A stretch of 64,000 nucleotides of DNA from Prolixibacteraceae bacterium (GCA_003506435.1 DOAQ01000043.1:18737-82736), one strand, 5' to 3'; counted from the stretch's first letter, positions 28,837 to 37,506 are shown. Notes: a model not told the origin generated them from the sequence alone. Translations and numbers: made by a program.

Positions 28837-31338
28837 TTAATTCCGCTTTGCTTCCATGTAGTTCATTACGAACCGGATTTCAGAATAACTGTATTTTTCG
28901 CCAAGCATGTTACGGGCCTGGGAAGCGGGGCACAGTCCGTTTTTCCTGAAGAAATCGGTGATTGTTTCAATCTTTTCATCCGGAAGAAGGCCTTTCAGAG
29001 GGATTTCTCCCAGCCGTACGTAATGGGCCAGATGACCTTCAATGGTTGATGTCGCCATCATCCGTTCTTCAGCAATTTCAAAAATAGTTTTTCCGTTTTT
29101 GAACAGGTCAAGACTGATTTCTTTCGTGTCCATCGCTGCTTTTGCCGCTTCTTTTTCAGCCCCGAACGGAACTTCCATTCCTTTTGCGCGACGATAGGCA
29201 ATGGCCATTTCCAGTATCTCTTTACCAAACTGCTGCATTTTTTTACCGCCCATGCCTTTAATTTCTTTCAGTCCGGATGTTGTGGCAGGCACTTCCTGCG
29301 CAATTTCCAGCAAAGTGGTTTGCCTGATGATCCGTGCAATTTCCACACCCATCTGGTTCGCTTTTTTCAGGCGCCATTCTTTCAGTGTTTTAAAGAAATC
29401 GGGATGGATAGAGCTTAAAACTGCGGTTTCCTTGTTTTTTCCTTTTTGTCCGGATTGCGGCGCTTCAATATTGGCTTTTGCCCTGATTTCCATGTATCTT
29501 TTTACGGAGAACCCGTTTTTACATTCTTCCAGACATGCTTTTTTTATACCGGTTTCTTTCGTGAACCGCTCAATTGCAGCCGATAAAATTTTCCGGACTT
29601 CCCGGTTGTCGGTTTCGAAATCAAAATTTTCAATTGCATTATCAACAATAGTTACCAGTTTCTCAGAAAAATAAGTACTGGCTTTTTTTATCCGTTCCTG
29701 AAGCTGAGGATTGCCCTCTGCATCCATATTTTGATTCAAAAGATTGTTTAACTGAACCGAAAATTTATCGGAAACGGCAACTAATTCCTCTTTTATCGGA
29801 AGAATGAGGTTTTGCAGGCTTCCCGGTAAATTGCCAATCAGTTGGGACAGATGTTCGCTGCATAATTTCAGCAGGTATTGCGACATGCGCAGCGTTGGCT
29901 GAAAATCGAACAGTTCAGTGAGCAATTGTTGCTGGAAATCTTTTCGCGCCCGGTCGAGTTCCCGGCTTCCCGGTTGGGTACGTTCCACCTCGTCGGTAAA
30001 GCGGAGTACGGTTGAATCGCTCTTCACGCTTTGCAAAGCAATGGGCGAACTGAGTACCAGTCCTTCGAGGCTGCGGCAACGGCTCAGTGCAACATAAACC
30101 TGCCCATGTGCGAACGACAACCGTGCGTTGATGATGGCTTTGTCGAACGTCAGCCCCTGGCTTTTGTGAATGGTGATGGCCCATGCCAGTTTTAACGGAA
30201 ATTGCCGGAATGTGCCGATTACCTCTTCGTCGATCTCCTGCGTTACTTCATTCAGCGTGTACCGCGCATTTTGCCACTCTTCAGGCTCCACTTCAACAGC
30301 AAATGCATCGCCGGGGCAGGTCACTTCAACTGTTTTGTCGCCGATTGCTGTAATCTTCCCAATTTTCCCGTTGTAGTATCGTTTGTCGCCCGACGAATCG
30401 TTTTTTACAAACATCACCTGCGCGCCGGTTTTCAGCTTTAATTCGGCGTCGGTGGGGTACTGGTATTCCGGAAAATCGCCGGTTACTGTGGCCGTGAATG
30501 TATGAGGCCTGCTTTTCAATGCGCTGAGTTTTGCATCGTTAATTTCCTGCGACTGATAATTGTGAGTGGTCAGCGTGATATAGCCTTCTTTGTCGTCAGG
30601 ATTAAACCCCCGGATGTACCGTTGATTCAACTGCGACAAAGTTTCCTCGTCGATATTATTTTCGCGGACTTTATTCAGTAATTCGATGAATTTCAGGTCG
30701 CTTTGCCGAAATATTTGTGTCAGTTCAATGCCGACCCATTTTGAACGTTTCAGTGCGTGACTGCTGAAAAAGAAACAGGTTTCGTAGTAGTTTTTCAGTA
30801 AATCCCATTCATCGTCTTTCACAATGGGGGCGAGTTGTTGCAGATCGCCGATCATCAGAAGCTGAACCCCGCCAAAGGGTTTGTTCCGGTTCCGGAAACG
30901 GCGTAAAACCTCATCGATACCATCCAGAACATCGGCCCGCACCATGCTTATTTCGTCGATCACCAACAGGTCGAGGCTGCGCATAATGTTGATTTTTTCG
31001 CGGCTGAAACGTTTGATCCCGGCAGCTACATTGCCGTCGCCGGGAACCTGAACAGGCCGGGGCTGATCGGGATTTTGCGGTATCTGCGGCCCGAACGACA
31101 TCTGGAAAAACGAATGAATGGTCACCCCGCCTGCATTGATAGCCGCTACTCCTGTTGGTGCGACAACAATCATCCGTTTCGGCGATATTTTTCGCAGTTG
31201 GTGCAAAAAAGTTGTTTTCCCGGTTCCGGCTTTTCCGGTCAGAAAAATATGCTGGTCGGTATATTGCACAAAGTCGAAAGCCAGTTGCAACTGGTCGGTA
31301 GTTTGTAGTGTAGAAGGCTGGTTTTCTATTGAGTTCAT
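28837..31338 (-). CDS. PIF1/RecD-like SF1 helicase with a C-terminal HRDC and HTH-like region
   Basis: 833 aa. Walker A 'LTGKAGTGKTT', 'VVAPTGVAAIN', 'LLVIDEISMV', 'GDLQQLAP' and 'TIHKSQGLTFD'. An HRDC-like 'LKEWRLKKANQMGVEIARIIRQTTLLEIAQ...GMGGKKMQQFG' follows. Confidence 0.8.
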   Translation of the reverse strand: MNSIENQPSTLQTTDQLQLAFDFVQYTDQHIFLTGKAGTGKTTFLHQLRKISPKRMIVVAPTGVAAINAGGVTIHSFFQMSFGPQIPQNPDQPRPVQVPGDGNVAAGIKRFSREKINIMRSLDLLVIDEISMVRADVLDGIDEVLRRFRNRNKPFGGVQLLMIGDLQQLAPIVKDDEWDLLKNYYETCFFFSSHALKRSKWVGIELTQIFRQSDLKFIELLNKVRENNIDEETLSQLNQRYIRGFNPDDKEGYITLTTHNYQSQEINDAKLSALKSRPHTFTATVTGDFPEYQYPTDAELKLKTGAQVMFVKNDSSGDKRYYNGKIGKITAIGDKTVEVTCPGDAFAVEVEPEEWQNARYTLNEVTQEIDEEVIGTFRQFPLKLAWAITIHKSQGLTFDKAIINARLSFAHGQVYVALSRCRSLEGLVLSSPIALQSVKSDSTVLRFTDEVERTQPGSRELDRARKDFQQQLLTELFDFQPTLRMSQYLLKLCSEHLSQLIGNLPGSLQNLILPIKEELVAVSDKFSVQLNNLLNQNMDAEGNPQLQERIKKASTYFSEKLVTIVDNAIENFDFETDNREVRKILSAAIERFTKETGIKKACLEECKNGFSVKRYMEIRAKANIEAPQSGQKGKNKETAVLSSIHPDFFKTLKEWRLKKANQMGVEIARIIRQTTLLEIAQEVPATTSGLKEIKGMGGKKMQQFGKEILEMAIAYRRAKGMEVPFGAEKEAAKAAMDTKEISLDLFKNGKTIFEIAEERMMATSTIEGHLAHYVRLGEIPLKGLLPDEKIETITDFFRKNGLCPASQARNMLGEKYSYSEIRFVMNYMEAKRN

Positions 31339-31582
31339 CCGTATAAATTTTCAAAGTTGATCTGTATAATCTTCGTATCAACTTTCGCTTTCCAATTTAA
31401 ATATCAACGGTATGGAATAGCCATTTATACATTTTCGGTTGATGCGGACATTTGCACTCATGGCTATTTCATCGTTTTGTTTCCGGTTCTTTTTCGCTGT
31501 GGAAAAACGGAAGGCAAATTATTAAATAATCTGTTCAGAAGCAAATTAAGGATTGATTTTTCGGTTGTGAGAATTGTTAAAA

Positions 31583-31945
31583 ATTTAGTCACAGTTGACA
31601 GTCACAGTTTTCAGTGAACAGCCGTGGGGGAGTTGCGAGTCATGAGTCATGAGTTTCGAGTATCCAAATTCTGCCTTCTGTAATCGTAGCTGTTGTCTTA
31701 CTACTTACGACTAAATTGAGTTTCAGATTTTAATCTAACTCTACTATCTGGTAATTTTTCCTATGTGTCCTACTGTGTCTATTGTGGTTTTCTGAACAGC
31801 CGGATTAAACACAAAGACGCAAAGACACGAAGGAAAAAGTTTCTTTCTTCAGCATCCAGCTTTCTTCTGTCAGTCTTATCTCCTTCCGTCATTCCGGCGT
31901 AGGCCGAAATCTCATCGCACTGAGCCATACCAAAAAATGGTGGTT
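31583..31945. repeat. Direct repeat, copy 1 (~363 bp), bracketing the MNT/HEPN pair
   Basis: Near-identical to 32910-33330. The shared string is ATTTAG..CAGTTGACAGTCACAGTTTTCAGTGAACAGCCGTGGG.GAGTTGCGAGTCATGAGTCATGAGTTTCGAGTATCC...CACAAAGACGCAAAGAC...CATTCCGG.G.AGGCCG.AATCTCATCGCAC. Confidence 0.9.
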
Positions 31946-32062
31946 AAAATCCTGCAAACCTGCCGCATGCTGACCATGTATAAAGTAACGATCAGCCGAT
32001 AAGGTTATACATTCTTTAATTCATTTATTATTGTTCCTGATTATCTCGTTATAGACGGGAAA

Positions 32063-32468
32063 TTATTGAGTTTTTAAAATCTTGCCAATTTTTTCTTCGA
32101 CAAGTTCTTTCATCTCAAGTGCAATATTTTTGTATTCGATTGTTTCTTCTGCCGATGGGACGTACATAATCTCCCGGATATCTTGAATCAACTCCAAAAT
32201 CACTTAATACTTTTGGGTCAATGGACATAAAATCAGGGTCAATATCTGCACATTCCGACAGCAAATATTCGATATTATGAGTCTTCTTGATTTCAATTCC
32301 ATTAGAAATGAGAAAAGCTTTTAAAAATTTCTCAACAGCTTGTTGGCAGTGAAAGCAGACTGAAGCATTTGCAATTATTTCAAATTCAGTTAATTTTTCG
32401 ATAACTAATAAATCCTCGTTCGCTTTGGTCAGCCATTGTTTGATGAAATTAACTGTTTCATTGTTCAT
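32063..32468 (-). pseudogene. HEPN-domain protein of a MNT/HEPN pair, apparently frameshifted near its 3' end
   Basis: The ORF 32115-32468 ends '...SRYPGDYVRPIGRRNNRIQKYCT*'. Shifting the frame by +1 at about nt 32162 reads 'YVPSAEETIEYKNIALEMKELVEEKIGKILKTQ*' with a stop at 32063-32065. That is a typical HEPN C-terminal helix. Confidence 0.6.
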
Positions 32469-32785
32469 ATTGCGACCCCTTCTTTCATTACTTGTCTAAG
32501 AATGTGTCCGGTAATTTCCTTTTTTATTCGAATCTCTTCTTCACTCTGAATCAATATATCAGCAGGGATTTTATATTTTGCCAATTCCTTCCTCAATTGA
32601 GATTTCAGGAATCTTTTTTTGCGGATGTCAATAGTATCTCTGGTAATTATAAGAAAGTCATAATCGCTTTCATTTGAATTGTCATTTCGCGCACGGGAGC
32701 CAAAAAGAAGCACTTTGCAATCAGGGAATAAGCTGATTGCAGAGTTTCGTATTATAGAAAGCGCTTCCTTGTTATTATTAACCAT
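32465..32785 (-). CDS. Nucleotidyltransferase-domain protein (MNT-type partner of HEPN)
   Basis: 106 aa. 'LFGSRARNDNSNESDYDFLII' carries the GSxxxG...DxD polbeta-NTase motif. Its stop overlaps the HEPN start by 4 nt (ATGA). Confidence 0.8.
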   Translation of the reverse strand: MVNNNKEALSIIRNSAISLFPDCKVLLFGSRARNDNSNESDYDFLIITRDTIDIRKKRFLKSQLRKELAKYKIPADILIQSEEEIRIKKEITGHILRQVMKEGVAI

Positions 32786-32909
32786 TTTTTTATTTCAAAA
32801 TTACTCAATTTTTTGAAATGTGTATTCTTCTCCATTATTGCCTGTAATGGTGGTTGCGATTTGCAAATTACGATCAGAACAGCCGAACTCGCGCAAAGAC
32901 GCGAAGATA

Positions 32910-33330
32910 TTTAGTTGCAGTTGACAGTCACAGTTTTCAGTGAACAGCCGTGGGAGAGTTGCGAGTCATGAGTCATGAGTTTCGAGTATCCAAATTCTGC
33001 CTTCTGTTATCGTAGCTGTTGTCTTACTACTTACGACTAAATTGAGTTTCAGATTTTAATCTAACTTTACTATCTGGTAATTTTTATCCTATGTGTCCTA
33101 CTGTGTCTATTGTGGTTAATGAACAGCCGGATTAAACACAAAGACGCAAAGACGCAAAGGAAAAAATTTCTTCCATCAGCATCCTGTTTTCTTCCGTCAT
33201 TTCCGTTTAGCGTTCCTGTTTTCTTTCGCCATTCCTATTTTCCTTTTGTCATTCCTATCTTTCTTCCGTCATTCCGGTGCAGGCCGGAATCTCATCGCAC
33301 AGCGCCATACCCGAAATGGGTGAGGTGGTT
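32910..33330. repeat. Direct repeat, copy 2 (~421 bp, with an extra ~58 bp pyrimidine-rich insert)
   Basis: It aligns base-for-base with 31583-31945 (offset 1327 at the left end) apart from a few substitutions and an insert around 33190-33250. Confidence 0.9.
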
Positions 33331-33339
33331 ATCTCGTCA

Positions 33340-33890
33340 CAGACCAGAAATTGTGTACCCTTCGTTACCGCAAGCTCAAAGAAGGAGGAGAGGTGAGTTT
33401 CGACGAACGCATCCGAAAACTCAAAGAAGTTACCCAAGGCTGGCTCAATTACTTCCGAATGGCAAGTATTCATGGCAAACTGAAGGAACTGGACGGATGG
33501 CTTCGAAACCGGCTGAGGTACTGCATTTGGCATCACTGGAGGACCGACTGTTAAGAATTTGTCCGGTGGACAAATTTAAGGAGGGGCCAGGTTGCAGGGG
33601 AGGGAACCGAAAAAGGAAAAACCTGATTCAATTGGGAGTTGATCCGGAACATGCTTATCAATGGAGCAGAACCCGGATGGGTGGATGGGCAACGGCTCAA
33701 AGTCCGATTTTGGTTACTACCATTACCTTGGAACGTCTGCGTAAAAGAGGGTATGAGGCGTTGCTTACTTATTACGAGAAAATTGCCCCACATCTTAATG
33801 AACCGCTGTATACGAGAACCGTACGTACAGTGGTGTGAGAGGTGCTCCGGTGGGCTTAACCGCTCACCGGCCATCTACTCGATTATGGGC
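33340..33890 (+). mobile_element. 5'-truncated group II intron remnant (maturase X-domain/C-terminus fragments plus domain V/VI-like RNA)
   Basis: Frame a reads 'ERIRKLKEVTQGWLNYFRMASIHGKLKELDGWLRNRLRYCIWHHW', the GW.NYF maturase hallmark. Frame b reads 'KNLIQLGVDPEHAYQWSRTRMGGWATAQSPILVTTITLERLRKRGY'. A domain V-like hairpin CCGCTGTATACGAGAACCGTACGTACAGTGG sits at 33803-33833. No RT domain is present, and the ORF is frame-shifted and interrupted. Confidence 0.7.
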
Positions 33891-33898
33891 TGGCTTTA

Positions 33899-34306
33899 TT
33901 ATTTTTTGTCTATCAGGAACATGACTAAAATTGTGATTGCAATAAATATCCCATAAAAGGGAATTAGTGTTTTTGATAAAATCCCAGAAATCCATGTTCT
34001 TTTTCCCGAATTATAAGAACTTGCATTCATGTTATAGTCAATTGCATTTTCATTTTTTGCACTTACCTCGTTGTATAATTCTCTGTATTGTCTCTCTTGA
34101 GAAATATAAAAACCATCAAGAACCCAAAAAACAGGTATGGCAATATATGAAATCAATACATAATTTAGGTTGGAATCATTTGCAGCTAAAGCAAATAAGG
34201 CAGAAACTAAAGTAACAGCCCATCCCTTTAACAAGAATGAATTAGAGTTCATTCTTGTTATGACATTTTGAATAAACTCCAGGTGTTTTCTTTTATTTTC
34301 ATCCAT
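33899..34306 (-). CDS. Small multi-pass membrane protein, last gene of the TIR operon (candidate effector)
   Basis: 135 aa. It has an N-terminal amphipathic helix, then a tight TM hairpin ('WAVTLVSALFALAA' - NDSNLNY - 'VLISYIAIPVFWVLDGFYI'), a 'SQERQYRELYNEV' helix and a C-terminal TM ('LIPFYGIFIAITILVMFLI'). It starts 5 nt after the upstream gene. Confidence 0.6.
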   Translation of the reverse strand: MDENKRKHLEFIQNVITRMNSNSFLLKGWAVTLVSALFALAANDSNLNYVLISYIAIPVFWVLDGFYISQERQYRELYNEVSAKNENAIDYNMNASSYNSGKRTWISGILSKTLIPFYGIFIAITILVMFLIDKK

Positions 34307-34311
34307 ATTTT

Positions 34312-35115
34312 CTAATTGATTATTTCATTAATTGGAAATGTTATTTCATATAATTTATCTAATGCGTCTTCTGCTTTTGTAAATTTACCACTATTATACC
34401 ATTCAACTAGGTGTTCTGTATCTATATCCTTTAAATGCTTTGTGTTTGCATCATATTTGACTTTTAATCCTTTTTCTAACACTTCCAACTTCCCTTCACT
34501 AGAGAACGTTCTAGTTTCAGTAATTGTGCTACGTAGTCTTGCTGGTAAATTCATACGAACAGTTTCAGAAAAGGCAATCTCTGAATAAATCCAAGGTGAT
34601 TCTGTTTTGTCCTTATTTTCAAAGGATTGAATTGAATTTGGAGTATCGTAAAATATTAAACATTCAGTTTTGTCTATCATTGTATTCAAGGCTGTTGAAA
34701 GCATCATGTGAACATGACTTGTAGATACTAAAACTTTATTGTAATAATATATTTTATTTTTCTCATCCATCCAACTGTATTGATTATCCAAGATTTGGAT
34801 AAGGTCATTGCCATAACCCCAGACGCAGGAATCAATAAAGGATATAATATTAAATTTCTCATTTAACCAGCCAGCTAATGCAATTACTTCGTCTTCATCC
34901 TTATGTGAGTGTGAAATAAAAACATTAGCGTGTATTTCAGGAAACCATGAATTGACTATTTTACTTGCGTCTAACGATTTGTCACTTAAGAAAAACTCGT
35001 CAAGAGTTTTCTTTACGGTTCTTTTTTGTTGATTAAATATAGTTTGCCCTACATTTTTAAAATGACTAAAATTTTCATCAAAATCAACTTTACTCAATTT
35101 GTACCCTTTAAACAT
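34312..35115 (-). CDS. TIR-like domain protein (divergent, with insertions)
   Basis: 267 aa. 'NVFISHSHKDEDEVIALAGWL' looks like a TIR betaA-loop, followed by 'CLIFYDTPNS...SPWIYSEIAF', an SxWxxxE-type motif. Confidence 0.6.
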   Translation of the reverse strand: MFKGYKLSKVDFDENFSHFKNVGQTIFNQQKRTVKKTLDEFFLSDKSLDASKIVNSWFPEIHANVFISHSHKDEDEVIALAGWLNEKFNIISFIDSCVWGYGNDLIQILDNQYSWMDEKNKIYYYNKVLVSTSHVHMMLSTALNTMIDKTECLIFYDTPNSIQSFENKDKTESPWIYSEIAFSETVRMNLPARLRSTITETRTFSSEGKLEVLEKGLKVKYDANTKHLKDIDTEHLVEWYNSGKFTKAEDALDKLYEITFPINEIIN

Positions 35116-35136
35116 TTTATTTTTCTATTTTTAATA

Positions 35137-35706
35137 TTATGATAGTAGCCATTGTTCGAAAGAAATAGACTCTCCATCAGTTTTTTTTACATGAATATCA
35201 TTCAACGATAATGAATCCAGATTTTCGTTTTCAATCACCATTTCTGGATATAATTGAAGGTATTCATATCCAGACCAGTTTCCTGATTTGCTTTGAATAG
35301 GTAATATTGCTAGTCTGCTTTCCGATTTAAGTATGTCAGCAATTCCAATTTCCCAATTACACCATTTTGAACGTAATCCATGGTAAGTAGCTAGAAATAA
35401 GAAATGGTTACATTCCCGAATTTTATTTTTTATATTATCAGCGGTTATTTTATTCGTAGTTTCAGGAAGTGATTTATCCATCCAATCTACATATAGTTCT
35501 GCATCCAGTTTAGAAAATAATAAGCTTATTTTACTCACTATTGTTTTATCTAAATGGCTATGAGATGGAAATATAACTTTGCCGTTTGGTAAATCTTGTC
35601 CTTCTTTTCGTTTGCGCTTTACAAATTCTTGGATATCCTCTTTGCCACGGAATTTGGTTTCTTCCTTTAAAAATTGGTTTAAATTATTTTGGGATAGTCT
35701 GTCCAT
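35137..35706 (-). CDS. TIR-domain protein (paralog 2)
   Basis: 189 aa. 'VIFPSHSHLD', 'LYVDWMDKSLPETTNKITADNIKNKIRECNHFLFLAT' and 'SKWCNWEIG'. It is clearly paralogous to 35711-36262. Confidence 0.75.
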   Translation of the reverse strand: MDRLSQNNLNQFLKEETKFRGKEDIQEFVKRKRKEGQDLPNGKVIFPSHSHLDKTIVSKISLLFSKLDAELYVDWMDKSLPETTNKITADNIKNKIRECNHFLFLATYHGLRSKWCNWEIGIADILKSESRLAILPIQSKSGNWSGYEYLQLYPEMVIENENLDSLSLNDIHVKKTDGESISFEQWLLS

Positions 35707-35710
35707 TGTT

Positions 35711-36262
35711 TTAGTTTTTTAGCCATTCTGCGAGAGAAATTTTTCTACCTTCAAATTCGACATAATACGTTCCTGTTGTATAAGTGTAGGCAGAAGTTAT
35801 AATTGGATAAATTGCTAGATATTCACTTCCACTGAAGTTACCTCCCTCGGAATTGGTTATTGGCATAACTGCTATATCCTTGAAGTATTTTTGTGAGTCT
35901 CCATAGCCAAGTTCCCAGTTGCACCATTTTGACTGAATAGCTTGTTCCGTTGCAAGAAGAACAAATTTATCGCATTGCCTAATCTTTTCCTTTATTTTCT
36001 TTGCTGTTGTGCCATTAGTATTTTTAGGCATTTCAGAGTCTTGCCAATCTACATAAACACTAATACCCAACTTTTTGAAAAGTGCAATTGCTTGTTCTAT
36101 AATTTCTGTTTCATCGTGTTTGTGAGAAAGAAAAACCGAAACTTCAAAAGAGTATTTTTTCCTTTCTCTTGTTGTCTTAGCTTCTGAGAAAATTTTTATT
36201 GAATCAGTTATATTCTCACTTTTTGCTTTTGATAATAATTGTCTTGAGATTAGTTTTTCCAT
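35711..36262 (-). CDS. TIR-domain protein (paralog 1)
   Basis: 183 aa. 'VSVFLSHKHDE', 'VYVDWQDSEMPKNTNGTTAKKIKEKIRQCDKFVLLAT' and 'SKWCNWELG', the TIR SxWCxxEL motif. Confidence 0.75.
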   Translation of the reverse strand: MEKLISRQLLSKAKSENITDSIKIFSEAKTTRERKKYSFEVSVFLSHKHDETEIIEQAIALFKKLGISVYVDWQDSEMPKNTNGTTAKKIKEKIRQCDKFVLLATEQAIQSKWCNWELGYGDSQKYFKDIAVMPITNSEGGNFSGSEYLAIYPIITSAYTYTTGTYYVEFEGRKISLAEWLKN

Positions 36263-36571
36263 TGTTTTTTTATTTTAAGCTTGCCCATAACGAAGGCGTA
36301 TAATCACCTGCGTTTTTTTCTTTGTCATTATTAAAAGGTGCGTTTATTCCTCTTAAATGGTGGAATAAAAACAGGTTTCATCGTTCCTCTAAATACAATT
36401 CTCAATCAGCCTCTTAAAATTAGAACTATTTTTTGATACATGGTTCAAATAATCTGGATTTCAGCCTGTTTCTTTTATCGTTCAGATTTTTATCAACCAC
36501 AAAGCCGCAAAGTCTTTCTTCCGGAGAAATATCCTTTGTTTCGCGGCTTCGTGGTTTAGTAATCGCCGTGA

Positions 36572-37324
36572 TTATTTGGTTACCGGTTCTTCCGGTGCAT
36601 CGTTGCCGTTGCTGGTTTTAGCCACCAGCCGGGCATACTTGCTGCGCAGTTCGTCCATCTGGTTAAACAGGTTGAGCAGCGTTTCAGTCGATACAAGATT
36701 AATGGTTTGTTCCACGGCCATGCAAAACTGTTCGTAGCTTTTTATGGTTGCCGGTTTCAGGCTGCTGGCCGAAGGGGCGTCGTTGGCCGCTTCCTGGGCA
36801 TTGCGTGTTTTGTAGATGGTGTCGAACTCAATATTCGATTCCTCAAGTCCGGCAAGCATGGCGGTAATGCCAATGGTCACAGCTTGTTGTTTCAGGCTAT
36901 CCGAAGCATTCAGCTTTGCAATCATTTCGGCAAAAAGGGCTGTTTCGGTGTTTAACGCGGTCTTGTCGGTTTTCCAGTACGGGTCAAAAAACAGTTTCAT
37001 GTTTTCGCCAGCCACCTTTTTTGCATTGTCGAGGCTGATGCAGGCAGTGGTAATAGTGTGTTTAATCTCTGCAAAACGCTGGTCGCGTTCTTTGTCCTTT
37101 TCGGCCAGCGCTTTGGTAAAGGCGCTTTTCGAAGTCTTGTTTAACTGGGCGCCCATGGCGGCATTGTCGGTTTCGAGTTGCGCGAGGGCCGCTTTGGGCA
37201 AATCGCCGATCGATTCCTTTACAGGCAGGGCATAATCGATGGTTGACTTGCTCAACGAATACAAATCGGCAACTTTAAGCTGCTTTAAATTAATCGAACA
37301 AAATTTAACTGTCTCCATAAACAA
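36572..37324 (-). CDS. Hypothetical alpha-helical protein (possibly DUF6261-like)
   Basis: 250 aa, Ala/Lys/Glu-rich and predicted all-helical. It has normal GC, unlike its neighbours. The family assignment is from memory only. Confidence 0.4.
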   Translation of the reverse strand: MFMETVKFCSINLKQLKVADLYSLSKSTIDYALPVKESIGDLPKAALAQLETDNAAMGAQLNKTSKSAFTKALAEKDKERDQRFAEIKHTITTACISLDNAKKVAGENMKLFFDPYWKTDKTALNTETALFAEMIAKLNASDSLKQQAVTIGITAMLAGLEESNIEFDTIYKTRNAQEAANDAPSASSLKPATIKSYEQFCMAVEQTINLVSTETLLNLFNQMDELRSKYARLVAKTSNGNDAPEEPVTK

Positions 37325-37506
37325 ATATTTAAAAGTTAGTAAATAGTCAGGAGCATTGTCGTGCGAAGGTTAGTGCCAATACATTTCCGGTTTTCTTCCT
37401 TTGGGGCCTCAAAGTCCCCGGGAAAAAGCAGAGTATTCCGGTTAATTACAGGTTTCCTATTTCGAGAATACCGATGAAAACACTCGTCGGCAGCCTTTTT
37501 TGATTT

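Noticed and set aside
31357-31617. 86-aa ORF and neighbours in the helicase upstream region
   Set aside because: It has no motifs, runs into the repeat element, and is AT-rich intergenic sequence.
33110-33838. 242-aa ORF spanning repeat copy 2 and the intron remnant
   Set aside because: It is a chimeric read-through. The first ~75 aa translate the pyrimidine-rich repeat ('FLPSFPFSVPVFFRHSYFPFVIPIFLPSF'). Only the last part resembles a maturase C-terminus, so it is annotated as an intron remnant instead.
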